DNA of 64,000 nucleotides from Raillietiella orientalis (lineage: Eukaryota): the NCBI GenBank assembly GCA_036172245.1, contig JAYWIR010000002.1, forward strand, positions 5,642,001-5,706,000, in the 5' to 3' direction. This document shows, in pieces, positions 12,101 through 25,800 of the stretch. Every line of letters begins with the position of its first letter. The first letter of the stretch is position 1. The translations under genes and the position numbers were made by a program. The notes below the pieces were generated by a model. That model made no database searches and was not told the DNA's origin. It was given only the letters and a program-made list of their open reading frames with translations.

Positions 12101-13846
12101 TCTTGGACAAATTTGATGACCTCTTATTAATCAGTGGACTTACTGCACATAAGATCCGTGCATATGTATGGATACGTGCAAGTAGCATTTGGAAAGCAGG
12201 GGCACCTGTATTTTCCTGGGGTTGAATGACAGCGTACTATAATTATAAGAGGAATTAGGAAATATGCCCATCAGTGTGGAGAATGCCTTTACCACACACT
12301 CCTGTGGAGCTACATTCCAAACCATCGATGCACGCGATTTTTGATGAACATGGACACTTATATGCAACCTTCTTAGACGTTGAGCATCCTAGGTTTCATT
12401 CAATGGCATGAGAAGATATGAATTTCTCGGATGTGAATGTGCAAAGTAAGATTCACATTCACATCAGAGATAAAAAAGTGTTAAACAGTAAGAAAGGAAT
12501 AGATAAATGGATTGCCCATTCGTGAGAACAGTTCTTACGAGAACTGAGCTTTTTGTCATTTCGGTCCAGTGTGCAAATTAATCAAGTTAATGATTAAAGG
12601 AAATAGGAAAGCGCGACACTACCATTCATTTTGAGCTGTATAAAACATTAATGTACTATACGCGGGTGCTCGCTTGGAAACAAGTTTCTGCTTCCTTAAT
12701 CAATAGAAGAAACGAAATGCTGAAAATACAGACCTGGTATCTTTGGCTCTGGACCTGAAATGATAAATCCCAGATGGAAAAACTTGAAGCATGCTAAATA
12801 GAATCATGATCTTGAATCATGATGAATAAGGATAGCAGATCAAAAATTGAAAAACATATTGTCTCGATTCCTATCAGCTATTCCGATTTCATAAAACATT
12901 TGGACTGGATCGAGCAAGCTGCGTTCCAGTCCGCCATAAGTGATACACAGGAAGACCCGACTCCGCATTGAAGCACTTTGCAGTAAGAATCGGTGTTTCA
13001 GGAGACCAGTTGTACTGAAGGACGTCCGGACGGCACGGCCGGCCTCATCCCCAAACGTATCATGAAATGGTACTGTATGATCGTCATATGAGTAACGTTT
13101 GATGGCAGAAAGGCAATGCAATCCGCAAGTTCCATATCTCGCTGGCTCTTTGCGATCTACGCTTATAGATTCTCAGACGAGACCGTTAGTCGCAGTACTT
13201 TGATCCCTCCTTTATTCTATTCTCCCTTCGAAATGCTCATTCATGTAACTAATTGACTATTTATTAAATGCAAACAGAGAAAGATCCCATCTCTGTGCCT
13301 GTGCTTGTAACCAAGAAGGGACACAGACAGGATACGAATGAAGGAAAGCAGCTTTCTATTAATCTACAAGGAGGCGTCTCGGGCGCACGCGCGCAAGAAT
13401 AAGGCAGCGCACACGGAAATAGAAAAAGCAATGAAAATGCCGAGACTGCAAATGGGTGGATCTTCATTGCCCGAAAATGAATGTGCGGAAATCACATCAT
13501 CCGCTATATGAAGCGCACGGATGTTATCAACGCTGAAGAACCAGAAATCCTACTGGAAAGTATGCATTCAAATGGGGTACTCAGTTGAAGATCTCAACAG
13601 AAGTTAGTGAGGAGAAATGAGCGCTTCGAAACTGGGTTGTTTTCCCATCCACTTAAAGTTTATATAGCGACATCATGACATTCAAATGCATATCATGAAG
13701 CGGAAGCAGAAGGTAATTACATTTATTTTGGATGCATCTTCCAGTCGGTGCACAGCAACCTTTACATTCGTCTCCTTTAGCTTTTGAACATGTACAGTTT
13801 TCATCCTTAATTAGTTGTTGCTTACAAGGTACATCTTCTTTAGGTT
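113..13846 (-). CDS. Exons 13-32: array of 19 single-exon Cys-rich modules (consensus C-x8-C-x-C-x5-C-x4/5-C-x4-C) plus one 21-bp linker microexon
   Basis: Examples: PDCRKHPLFSLCSCRSPAECASGVCHDGLC (2094-2186), PDCRGAIKPVGCSCKNSNECASLTCRSGSC (7038-7130), DCSPTSKPAGCPCHSPEECDHRLLCKDQAC (10681-10773), WCSRINRYIGCPCKVPTTCSRPLLCENGVC (2409-2501). All are phase 1-1, 12 of 19 are exactly 93 bp, and nearly all end Cys codon + 1 nt + GT. Confidence 0.85.
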
Positions 13847-16800
13847 CTGGAAACCAAGAAGCAGATTTAGAAATCCTGGGTTTTCGGTATGCACTCATAC
13901 ATGCGTATGAGATATTGGCTGCATTCATCCTGACATGCTGTGACCTTTTACTAGAGTTGCGGTTGATAAGTGAGCAACAAAAGCTGCCTGTCAAGAATTT
14001 GTCAGTCGAAATTCTACTTGCCTTACTTACAAATCCATGACAAGCTCTAGACGGAATGAAAAGAGGCATGAAAATACGGTGATTTGAGAGCGACTCGAGC
14101 GATTCGCAGTCACCGAGCAACGGAATCGCACAGGTGAATAAATGGCGCTGAGCACCGGCTCGAAGTACCGATGTGAGGATCGAAAGAAACACTGATGGCA
14201 AGTGGCAAGTGCACAGAACCCAGGAGCAAGATTTATTTGCTTCGGAATGGAAACAGGGAAAGCGAAGATGCTTAGTTCAAGGTGTTTAGCATTTTGCTCT
14301 GCAATGTGATCAGGGAGCTCATCAAATAAGTACAGCATGGTGTGGGTAGCACAAGAACGTCTAGCTGTCTGCAGCTAGGAAGCAGGATTCCAGCGACCGC
14401 CTGACGAGTCTGGGTGACCTTGCTTAAGGAAAGGGAAAAGCACTTTTTTCGAACTTTCGCGTAAAGCAGGCGTTTCGGCTGGAATGGGATGGACGGAAAC
14501 TAAAGCTTGGGCTGACCACAGGTGCAGCTACGAGAACTGAAAGTTTCTAGTAGGAGCTTGAATTTGTCTAACGTGCTTAATTCAGTTGAGGCAAAATAGG
14601 CTCCGTGCTGAGCACTCAAATTTCGCAAGTATGAAGAATGAGAAGTATTCATCTCACCTGTAGGGCATCCACACTTGAAAACATCCAAAGCGATGGAAAA
14701 GCTTTTCAGGTAAGTAGACAAAGAAAGTGTGGCCTTGCCTACCAAACGCACAATCACTAAAACAGAAGAAATGAAATGAAGTCACCAGTAAGCACTGCCA
14801 GGTCTGCTGCGCATTTGCATTGCAATATCAGAGACTCGCGATGTGTTTGAAGATTGTTAAAAGTTTCCATGGTCCAGGATCAGCATTCCTTTAGAGGCTT
14901 ATTTTTTGCTTCGCAGTGCTTCTCGAGGAACATTCACAAATTTGTGTGAATGAAGCAATGAAAACAAAAAAACGATACTAGCACTCTAGAAATCGCCAAC
15001 TCCGACACATCTACAAGTTATGGAATGTACTAAAATTCGTTGTCGTTTGAGTTCGTTGCACTTATGAATCGTAGGCTTAGTGTGGTGTGATTAGAACCCT
15101 ATTTGTAGTGCAACAGAATTTGCATTAAGAGAACGAAGTTTGAGTAGCTAAAGGTTGATGCAGGCACCAGCTGCGATGCTGTGCTTTTGTTTCTCACTCA
15201 CATCAAGCAGGGATGAAACCCTTTGCAATAGTGTCTGTGATAATGACATCATTTCCCCTCCCACTATACATAAGTAGTCTCCAAGAGAAAGCAACGTGGC
15301 TCTTGTTGCTACGAATTATTCACATTGAAGAACTTTGCAGTGCCACGCGTTTTCGTTCCAGGCTTGGGACTGTGTGAAATATCACAATTCCATATAAGAG
15401 AGAAAAACTGCTGCAGAAATCGTTTCAACCCATTAGAAACAACTAAACGGAAATAAGGAAGATTTCATCGAGAGAATCTTCGAACCCTAGGAGCTACTTG
15501 CATTAGTTCCTAGTCCATGTTTGAGATGCATTCAATAACAAGTTTTCCTTTTCACTTGTTCTTGGGTCAAAAAAGAAGCAAAGATTCCTGGAACTAGAAC
15601 TTGCTTTCCAAAATACCTTGGCTCTTTATTTCCTTTTGCTGTTCACTTTCTCACAGGTCATTTTCTCCATGATGTTATCTTTCTGCAAAACTTTCTCTGG
15701 TCATACTAAAATGAAACACAACGTGGGATCCCAGAGCTCGAAAGCTGTCGAAAAAGACAACTTGGACTGCGTCTGTGCTTGTGCGTTCCTCCCCAGTTCT
15801 GGGTGCGAAGGTCAGGCAAGCGTGCTTTTCAAAGAGTACTTTCCAGAAAAATAGGAGCGAGTTGACGAACAGTGCTTCGCTGCCACGTGAAGCACTGTTC
15901 CGGTGCTTGACGTGTTGGCTGCGAATTTTTTGGTAGCCTCCTAGCAAAAGTAGGTCGGAATTTCGTGATAATGACATCATCTCCAACACACAGAGAGAAC
16001 TTCGGTGTTTTGGACCGCCGGGAGCATTTGGCATCGCACTGCTTTTCCGAACACAAGCGGAGATTGTGTCAATGATCCGTACTCACTGCGAATGCGATTG
16101 CCTCCACAGCCGCGTCGAACTCGCCGCGCAGACGACCGCTCCCAATGCAAGAGTACGCACTCGCGTAGGGCGCTTACCTTGTTCCCCACTTTTGTTCCCA
16201 CAGAGTATGTACTGATTGTCTGCTTGTTCATCAAGCTGCTCGAACGCGATTGATTGTGCCGAGAAGCACTGCCTGGTTTCATGGAGTCCTGAAGCCATTT
16301 CTGCTTTTAGGAATTTGATTCTAAAACACAGTAGGAAAGCTCTTTAGGTGCTGCTCAATTCGCCGTGGGGGATTTCCTATGTTGATTGACTTGAAAAACG
16401 AATCTTTCATTCTTTTTGAGCTTCACAGCTCAGAACGAGAAATGAGTATCTCACGAAGGTCGTTCCAGTGGAGTGAGCAATTCAAATGTAACTGCTATGC
16501 ACTTTGCGATTAAGAGTGGCTCTCTGACTTGAAAATGTCAAAAATGTCCAATTTATTGAGCACTGATTTCTTTTCGAGTAGGATTCAATGCTCAATAAAT
16601 GACAGTGGCGACATATTCTATGCTTTGGTTATTCACCATCAAAGCAACGGTTAAAGGGATAAAAAAAGAACGATCCTCTGCCTAGATTACATAATTCCGT
16701 CTCCACAGCAGGAGCATCCGCGTATTTCTCTTTCTCCTTGAAGTTTCATTCCAAAGCTCAAGAAAAGACGACGCGAATAACAAGCCTCAGTTATTCGTGT

Positions 16801-19800
16801 CGGATTTTTTATGTGCAGTCTCCATCTGGATGCAAAACAGTGATTAGTTTCAAATTGAGTTTTTACTGTTTCATTTTGTTGTTTGCCTCGTAGATACCCC
16901 GATGAATCCTCTCTGTTTTGATCGAGTTTTCTCAGTCCATGCATTCAAAAGAATGGAAAAAAGGCGCGCTTTCCATCGATAGGATTAAAAAAAAAAAAAT
17001 TCCTCCTTCCAAAAGGATGTGCACCTCGCCACAGCCTAATGCACCTATCGCACTTGTTCAGGACGTGATTCCCTAACAAGTTCTTAAACAGCCAAGAATA
17101 CAACTTTTCACAATCATGCAATCTGTTTGTGCTTCATACAACGATCGCCAAATTTCATAAGAATTGCAATTCTTTGCAGTTACAATAGGAATGGTTTTGA
17201 TCAAGTTTGTGCTGGTGGCGAGAGCAATAGTGGCAATGTGGCGAGCCAGCTTGGAGCACCGGAGTAATTTAGGAACATCGGGAAAGCAGTTGTAGGTTGC
17301 GAACTGTTTAAAATGTTTTCAGCGTCATTTGCAATCTCTTTTTGTTTTTCTACTTTTCGAGATGGTTGTGAGAGTATTTGGCAACCATAGCGTGTTTGTT
17401 GGTCACGCTCGAATGAATCAGGAAGAAACCTTCAAGAGCTCGAAAAAAGAAACAAGCAAGCAACAAGCTAAGGACAAGCGAAAGCGCAAGATTCGTGAGG
17501 CTTAAGTGACTTTACAGTGAAGGATTCTTGTAAATCCATTGCCAAAATGTCAAATTCTATTTATCTACCTGATACTGCATGTGTCGTTAGGAAGCACCAA
17601 AGAATAGATACAAGGTTGATAGCAATTCTCGGACTCATCGAATTCCGATGACCACTGCACAGATTTCTGGCAGCCAGTGTCATAAGAAACTACATGTTCT
17701 TTGGAGCAGCGCGCATCATCTGCAAATGGACTATTCCTTTTCGCTAAGAACGGGATTCCGCTTACATGTTATCATGAATTTCCTCGACGCTGCCTTGTAT
17801 CCTTGGTCGTTCTCCACCCTACAGTGATATGTTTTTCCAGACAGGTCTGCAAGGCTGCTGCTTATTCTCAAGTAAAGAGGCGACTCTTCGGCCCTGAGAT
17901 ATTTGATGGTGAAGTGAGTAATCAGTTTTCGAACCAGGAGTTTGTTTCTTACGCATGAGGAATCATGTGGGCATCTTTGTCCGGATCAAAACTGGCGCTG
18001 AAAGGTGTATTGGAACTCACAATACAAAATATCGTCGTCGCCCAACTCTTCGTTTGTGGAGGAAATACAATCTTCACTTTGGGTTCAACTGGAGATAAGA
18101 AATAAAGCTGCAGTATTTGTATTTATTCCGGATTTCACGTGTACCCACGGAATGGTTTCTCAAACAAAAAAGAGCTTTGGTATGATTAGACTACTGTTAC
18201 GAATTGCAAAATCTTTCAGCAGGAGCCCATGAGCGACATAAATAAGTGCTTGCTGATCCAAAACCTGAGGCTTCGTAGAGTACTAGAAAAAAGGAAAGTA
18301 GACTAAAATCCCAAGAAAGGCAACAGCTAGAAACAGATTTATTACTGGCTGTGGAGATCACTAGTCACATCTTCAGGTCATAATTTTTGTCAACTGAATA
18401 CACTAAAGGAGGAGAAATATCCACGTTTCGTTGATTCTTCTGAGAATCGGTTCAACAGTAATGTCCGGATTCCTTTGGTAGAGACCAGGACAAAACAGAG
18501 AATTCCTGGAACATCTTTCACTGCCTTGGAAATACCATTTATCCCTTGCCAACGAGTGGGACACAAAGGAAAGAAGCAGAGTAGAGAAACAAAAGACTGA
18601 AAAATGTAACTTAAACATCTCCAGCACAAATTCAATTTCAACTGTGTTCTCGAAAGACAGGAATGATACGGATAGACAAGAATGAGTTCGTCTGTTTATC
18701 AAATTGCATACGTTGGTTGCTTTAAAGCAAACTGAGAAAACACGTATTGGATACATTGACGTCACTCTGTTTCATAAGAATGACTTTCACGCTATCTTTT
18801 CAGGGGCCAGCAATACAGAGGAAGCTCCTGTCAATTTCTAGTACATAGTTTGTATGTGCTCATACGTGCACACTTTCTCCCCTTCACAGTTTCATGCCAG
18901 TTCCATCTGTCCAATAAGAACATCACCTCCAAATACTTTTATCCCTCGCAGGAAAGAATTGTCAAGTCATGCAGATACAGTCTTTTACATCATGCCAGGT
19001 AAGCATAGAACGTGACGGCAATGTATCCGTTGAAGCGGACACTGAATGAGTATGCTCTTGACTATTCCACACCAATCACACGAGATCACTGTCACCTTTC
19101 CTGTTCCTTAAAAAAATCTCTGTGGTTTTTTCTGGATGAACGAGTTCTTGCTGAGTTTAATCTCCAGTGTCTTCAGTAAGACTGACTAAAAGAGCAGGTT
19201 CATGTACGTGCAAGGTAAGAGGATTCCAATATCCTATGCTTTACCGGCTTAACTAGTTCTGAACGCTTCGTAGATGGAAAGCTGACAGTATTTAGCAACC
19301 GAATAATTTTCGATTCATTTCCTACCCATAGGGCACTAGCACGCATCGAGAACCTTTCATTAACAGGAATGAAAGTGATCTGCCTTGCGTGAAATATGTT
19401 TCATGAAAGAGCACTATGAAATTCGGGCCACTGCATTTCAAATTATATGACCTGCGAAATAAAGTACTAAATCACATTGGCCTTTGATACTCTTTAATCA
19501 AGATTCGCAAAGCCGCAGAATCAGCTTTCAGATGATGGAAAAAAACATTCGTAGTTGATGTGATTGCAAGTACTTCCCGATTCCGAAAAGCACAAGATGC
19601 TTCATTCTAACGACGAAGCCTTCTCAAAGACTTAGCTTCTCACAAAGATCTATTTACACAGAGATCCAGTGTACAGAAGGTACGCTCCCTACTCAGCATT
19701 GCTGCGTTAGACCACAATTTTAGGAATAGAGCAGTGAGTCTAACCCTGGTGATGGAATGGATAACGTGAAAACTCCTTCAGATTCTCCCAAATCAAAACG

Positions 19801-22800
19801 CGACCTGATTTCCTCATACTGCCAACAGAACTACAGGAAATGAGCTTCTCAATAGCCTCCAACCATGATGATCTTCAGCAGTAAATAAAACGGTAAGGCC
19901 CACTAACCCTTGTTTGTATGGACGTATGTGGAAAGGTGGGCTCTATGGAAAGAAACTGTACTCATATGGTATTGTAAACAGAACGGAACAACATTGGATA
20001 CGTCCTAATTTCCCAAAGATACTACTCTTCAAGTTTGGAAAACGGGGTATTATTGGTGCGTAGACAAGTGAATGAAAGAAAATGGAACCAGTCACATGAC
20101 TCTCAGGATTTGAAAGTTATCTTATGCATGCCAGGGACAGTGATTTGCTCGCTTGTTGTTACTACACCCCTCGAAAACGAATTGCTAGACGATCTGTTTT
20201 TCCAATGTCACAGAAGCCGACATCTAAGATCACAGATGTTGGTCGAACCAACATGTACTGTTGCAGGCATGTGTTTTATACATTCGAGAGATATGAATGA
20301 TCGTAAAATTGCATAAACAGTGTTTGTTGACTTACGTTTGTGAGGAATAATGCGTATGGCAGTTTCCGCTTGTCGTATAAATGGTATGCCTCCAGAAGTA
20401 ATTCCTTTGACCTAAGGGAATAGAAGTGCTTTGCAAGAAAACAAACTTGTAACATTACTGATAAAAAGAGATGGAATTTGGCAGTGTGGTTTAACTTTGG
20501 AAAAGAGCATGGAGGAAATGCGCTCTAAATCTTTTGGGGTCTGAAGAATTTATGCTGTCACCTACGACAGCGTTCTTTCAGATACCGTAGCCGCCCGCTA
20601 TTGCATGGAAAAGAAAAAACGAAATGTGGATTCAATGCAATGAGACAAACACAAACAGCAACGCAAGTCACGAGTTGCGTGCAGGCATGGAAAAAGTTGT
20701 GCTTCAAAATGCAAAGACTGGGAGCAAGTTTTTCCTAAAAAAAAAAACAATTTAAAGCCAAAGCAAAAACATCGATACAGCTTCCAATCTGTAGGGAAAT
20801 TTCATTTTGTTTCGATTCTGGCTCATGCTTATCGGTAAATTTACAAGCAAATTTTCGCCAGCTCTGGAGAATCAGAACCGAAAGGATACTGTGCAATACC
20901 GTCCTGCCTTTTATTTCACACTGCCAACTATCAACATAAAATTGGAATCGTAAGGATCACATTCTGGAGTGATTCCGAGTTCTTGTGCATGGATACAAGC
21001 CCCTACTCAAGAGAAGTGATTCGTAGGATGCATAGTTAAATGGGATCGACGTCGGTGCTTCATTTTTATTGTGGCTCCTCAAACGCGTCGAAGTCAAAAG
21101 GAAAAAAAAGAAAAAAAAAGAAGTCGGCAAAAATGTCAGACAGCCTTTGTTAGCGATAACAGTTGGTGGACACTGGACCACGCAAGCAATGAGAGCACTT
21201 AATCAAGCAGTACAGTTGAGGAGTTCTTGCTGCGACTGCTGTCTCGTGAACAGTTGCTATTAGAATTTGGGGGTGCTGACTCGCTACCTAAAAGTTTAGT
21301 GCTGATTTCTGTGCTGAATCTTTTATCACTGATGAAGTCTAAGGTTTCGAGTCGCGAATTCGACCACAAACAAGTGGGTGCCGAATTAAATTCGCTAATT
21401 TCTATCAGACTCTCGAGATTTTGTCATGATCTCACTTTATTCGATTTAAATATTTCTTAATAACAGAAGGAATGATCTGTCCATTCCTTTGAGATTTAAT
21501 GCCAGCAAAAAAAGTACCTTTACGTAACCATAATCGATCATGACACCACCAACTATGTAAAGCATATATCCACGGTCTTTTTGAGGCTTCGTCATCTCCA
21601 GCTGTAAAATGCCATCTCGGTCATAGATTTCAACCAAAGAAATCGATCTGATAGAATCAAATGGAGTTGGATAGAGAAAGTAGATCAAGTCGGTAGCCCC
21701 TGAGAGCAAATAAGTTACTCTTTACTCTCAGTTTTCACATGCAAAACATCTTTAACTCATTTGCAATTTTTCTGAAAAATATTTCATTGAAAAAGGATTC
21801 ATTATTATTCACTAAATTAGGTGCCTCAGTCCACATGACGCTTACAAATTTGAGGTGAATGTATATCACAGAAATTTCAAGGTAGTTCTTGAACCAAGAG
21901 ATCGTGTGTTAATACAGTTCATGAACCACTCTGATGCTGTCTCTGATTTTCTGTTTTGTCTTCTGTTTGCGCGCCTTCCTCACATGCTTCCTTCTGTAAG
22001 ACCCAAATTTTCTGTTCAAGTGTTTTTGGTGTGTACATTTGCTCAACTTGGAAATAATACACTCCTCCGTGCAAGAATTCGGACTGATAAACGATTTCCC
22101 ATCAGATGTCTCGAGAGCGGCATTTCCTCGAATTGTCTATATCATGCAAGGACATCAAGAGTTCCTTTATAACAAAGGAATTAGCTTATGGATTGTCATT
22201 TTGTTTCCTTTTGCTTCTTCAGGGAGTCTCTTCCTCTTCGCTCTCTCGTCACGATCGTAATTTCTCCGATTCCTTGTTGATCGTGTGAATCGAGAGCATT
22301 TCATAAGTGCGCTTGTAGACTTCGATTCTAGCTTAAGTCCTGTAGAAACTCCATTACTTGTAAACCCTTCCAACATCCGACCGTGACTTGCCCACTCCTC
22401 ATCCATCGTTTATTTCTATTTCAATCCTTTTCCAGGTATTTTCAGCACCTCCTACAAAAAGACATCCAGAATAATGGAACCTGCAATCTCTTCATTGTAA
22501 GCAAGAACAACTCAGTTGACAAGTCAATGGATTTCCTGGTGTCCTCATCATTCGAGTATCTCACGATGCTCTACACTTTCATGTAACTCATATCCTTATT
22601 CCTTTTCGTTATGGTTCAAAGAGTGGCATTTTCACTTTGAGGATACAGTACTCTCATTATGCACATGTCGAGAGAGGATTCTGCATGTTCTTTACAGTAT
22701 TTAAGACATCCCTTCTTTGCTTCAGTAATTAGAAAATTTATCCAATAGTACAGGTATACTGCAAGGCTAATTGCAACCTACATTCATTTCGCCAAAATTA

Positions 22801-25800
22801 AGCTTTTCGTGGAGACAAGGAACATATATCTAACAAAAATTGTTATCAAAAATGATTATGGTACAGTATTTTCACTTGCATAGTGGCAAATATATCATGA
22901 AAAAAACACGGATAAGGACATTTACCGAAGCTTTGCTTCAAAGGAAGACGCAAAGTACGAAGTAGTATTTAAAAGACTATTCCATTTACCTGTTGGAAGA
23001 AAAGGTAAAGAGTCAAGCAATGGAATCGGCGAGTGCCCAAATCCTCCATCCATCTCCAAGCCTCCATGTCCCCTGACTTGAAGGTAACATATGAGGTCTT
23101 TCTGAATCAGTACTACAACTGTATGTTTTCCAACGATTGGAGCTTGTTCAGTGTATACAAGTTTCCCAAAATCAGTTTCCTTTTCTTCAGTACCAAAATG
23201 TGGCTTTTGAAATGTGATATTCATGGCATGTAGGATTATGTTGGGTTCGTGAGGAACATAAGGAGATGGAACGATTTCCGAACAAGAAATAACAAATGTG
23301 TAATTTTTAATGGTGCTGTCAATATCAAAAGAGAATGTTTTTCGTTTAGTGTTTACTTCGTAATGGAGTAAATCCTCATATAAATGATACTGAACAAGGT
23401 AATCCATGAGAGTCTAAAAACATGGAAAATAAAACATTAAATTAGTCTAAATTTGAATATTTTATTACCATACATGTAAACATCTCAGCATTGAGAAACA
23501 ATGGCACTTGGTGTGTCTGTCTTTCAATGGATATTCATTTCATATAGCACTGTCACTCGTTTCCGCTTTTTGTGCAGCGCAAGCGTGGATTCGGTTGCTT
23601 GATTCAGAGTGCTTCAAGCAAATCACAAAGCAAAAACGATCCGTCAACATCAAGAGCTTAGAGACAAGATAGCTTCTTGAATTTTTCAGTAATTTTACCA
23701 TCAGAAGGAAATAAAATAATTTCGGGTGGCTGAGATTCTAATACACCGTCTTTTCGATTCTCGCTTGCCTGTGTCCACCAAAATTTATGATTCGAATGTC
23801 TCAGATCTCAGGTTGCTGAAAAGACTGTAATGGGTAAAGCTGCAGCACCAGCACATTTGTTTTCAGCTGCTTGGGGTGGGTGGGTGCTAACTCCTTTTTC
23901 ACAGCCTTGAGTCCTTGGCGCGAAATACTATACTTTAACACAGTTGCATATTCTAAAGAAGTTTTTTTCTGACATTTCCAAAACCGAATCCGATCTGTAG
24001 CATACAAAATCTTCCGACTTTTCGTTTGAAACTGGAAAGTCCCATTTTGATTCAACTCCTTGTTAGCGAGTAAATTTAAATTACAACATGAAACTCTTAA
24101 TTTCGAACGCTATCGTTTCACAAAAACAGTGAGTTTATGTTTCCTCCCTGTTATCAAGAAGTTAATCAAAGGAAGTGCATTAAAAGAAAATGAAAGATAA
24201 ATCATTAAGAACGGGCAGACTTTATTAAGCATTCCATTAAGAATTTCAATCTATGAACCTTCAAATCCACATTTTGAAAGCAATTAGAGACCTATTTCAA
24301 CGAAAATTTCATCATAGTTGAAATCTAATGGAATCAGACAGAATATTTTCTACCTCTTCTGAGATGTCTTTTTAGGTTGTCTTCAGTAACATTTACTCAT
24401 TGATACTGTTCCTCCAGATAGCATTGTGTATGTTTCCGTACTGATTCCACTATTCTACTAATCTTTTCACCTTCGAAGCTGTTCTCGTGCAAATTGTTTC
24501 CAACTCGGATCTGTTCAAGCACCGCATTCTCTTCGATGCGCCTTCCATTCCGGATTTAGCGTGGACTGCGTTCAAATGCCACGCAGCTTTCCAAATGAAA
24601 TTTGCATCCAATTCCGCATGTTTTGTTAATTGAAAGCAAACAACGCTCGTAACAGAATTTAAAAACCACTCTTATCCAAATGGCAACACGTTTAGGGTAT
24701 TTCCTGGTTTCCCCTTGATTTTGGAGATTCCTGTCAAATGCCGGATCACACATCAAAAGTGTGCCGCATCTCAAACGCGACTTGGTACTGAATTCAACGG
24801 ATGATTCAGAAATACAGTCGCATTGATCAACGTCCTCATGCAATGCCTTTCATCTGAGATGTACATTATACCTGCAGGAGATACCTTTTGCTTCGACTGA
24901 ACGCTTCAGTAATTGCAAATGAAAACTCTCTCTTCCACACAATTCTTCATCTCTTGGTTGCTGCTGTAAATTTGGTTCTATATGTAAATGGATGCGCAAT
25001 GTGTTTTTTGCTGGTTTCGATGTAGTGAAAATCAGTCTAAAATATGAGGTTCAACTTATTGCTCTTCTTGTCAGAAAGCTCGTCTATTTTTCTATTTCTA
25101 TCTGTGCTGCATTCTGTCCTCGAGAGCTGAAAGTTTCTCTTGCAACTCTTGTCTGCTTGAGGAGTGGTACGCTTTCGGCCATCGCTATCATTCTCCATGA
25201 ATTGGTTTGTCTACTTTACATCCGTTCGGTATTCGCTTTAGGCACAATCCCGCACTACTCTATGAGCTACTCTACTCTACGTCAAAGTGAAGATTTCTAA
25301 ATCCTCACTTTGACGCTGAGTCTTGGTTCAGAATGAGCTGTCCTGTATTTCCGGACATGCTTAGACCAGCTGCCGTATTCCAATTTTATCACTGAACTGA
25401 ATTCAACTGTCAGTTTTCTGTTGAATTTACATACAAACTGTTGGACCGCATTCAAGCCACGAATCTCCCTCAAAAGTAAAGGAAGAAAGAACAAACACCT
25501 CTTCGGATGTGTTAGACTTGGTCTTCGTTTCTCTTCGCTTGCAAGTGTAAGTTTAGTGGAAACTCTCTGGATTACACATAGAGAGCTCCCTCCAAAAGGT
25601 GCTTTCAATGGAAAACTTGTCAAGGCAGCATGTAAGAGTCTGATTCACATATGACATTTGGAATGCTATCGAATTAACGAATGATTAATTTTATTTTGAG
25701 CATCACATCACTCTCGACCAAGGGGAAACGAGCACTGAGGAGCGAAATGAATTTGAATGGAAACGAAAACATGGAAAAAGGAAAAGGAAACTTAGGAACG

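Noticed and set aside
12870..13467. Additional Cys-containing frames and the signal-peptide-like ORF 13264-13467
   Set aside because: No module spacing and no matching phase-1 splice pair.
12388..13721. TGA at a Cys position read as selenocysteine
   Set aside because: The 21-bp microexon 12734-12754 gives an ordinary TGT and is the simpler explanation; no SECIS evidence.
113..13846. CRISPR-like or prokaryotic repeat array interpretation
   Set aside because: No nucleotide-level direct repeats; the periodicity is at the protein and exon level in spliced eukaryotic DNA.
17998..18020. Apparent 23-bp GT-AG intron within the Ig exon
   Set aside because: Read-through keeps the frame and gives the expected VSSNTPFS segment; splicing it would shift the frame.
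21850..25250. Strand-skewed intronic stretches resembling old LINE ORF1/ORF2 debris
   Set aside because: Too decayed to assign motifs with confidence.
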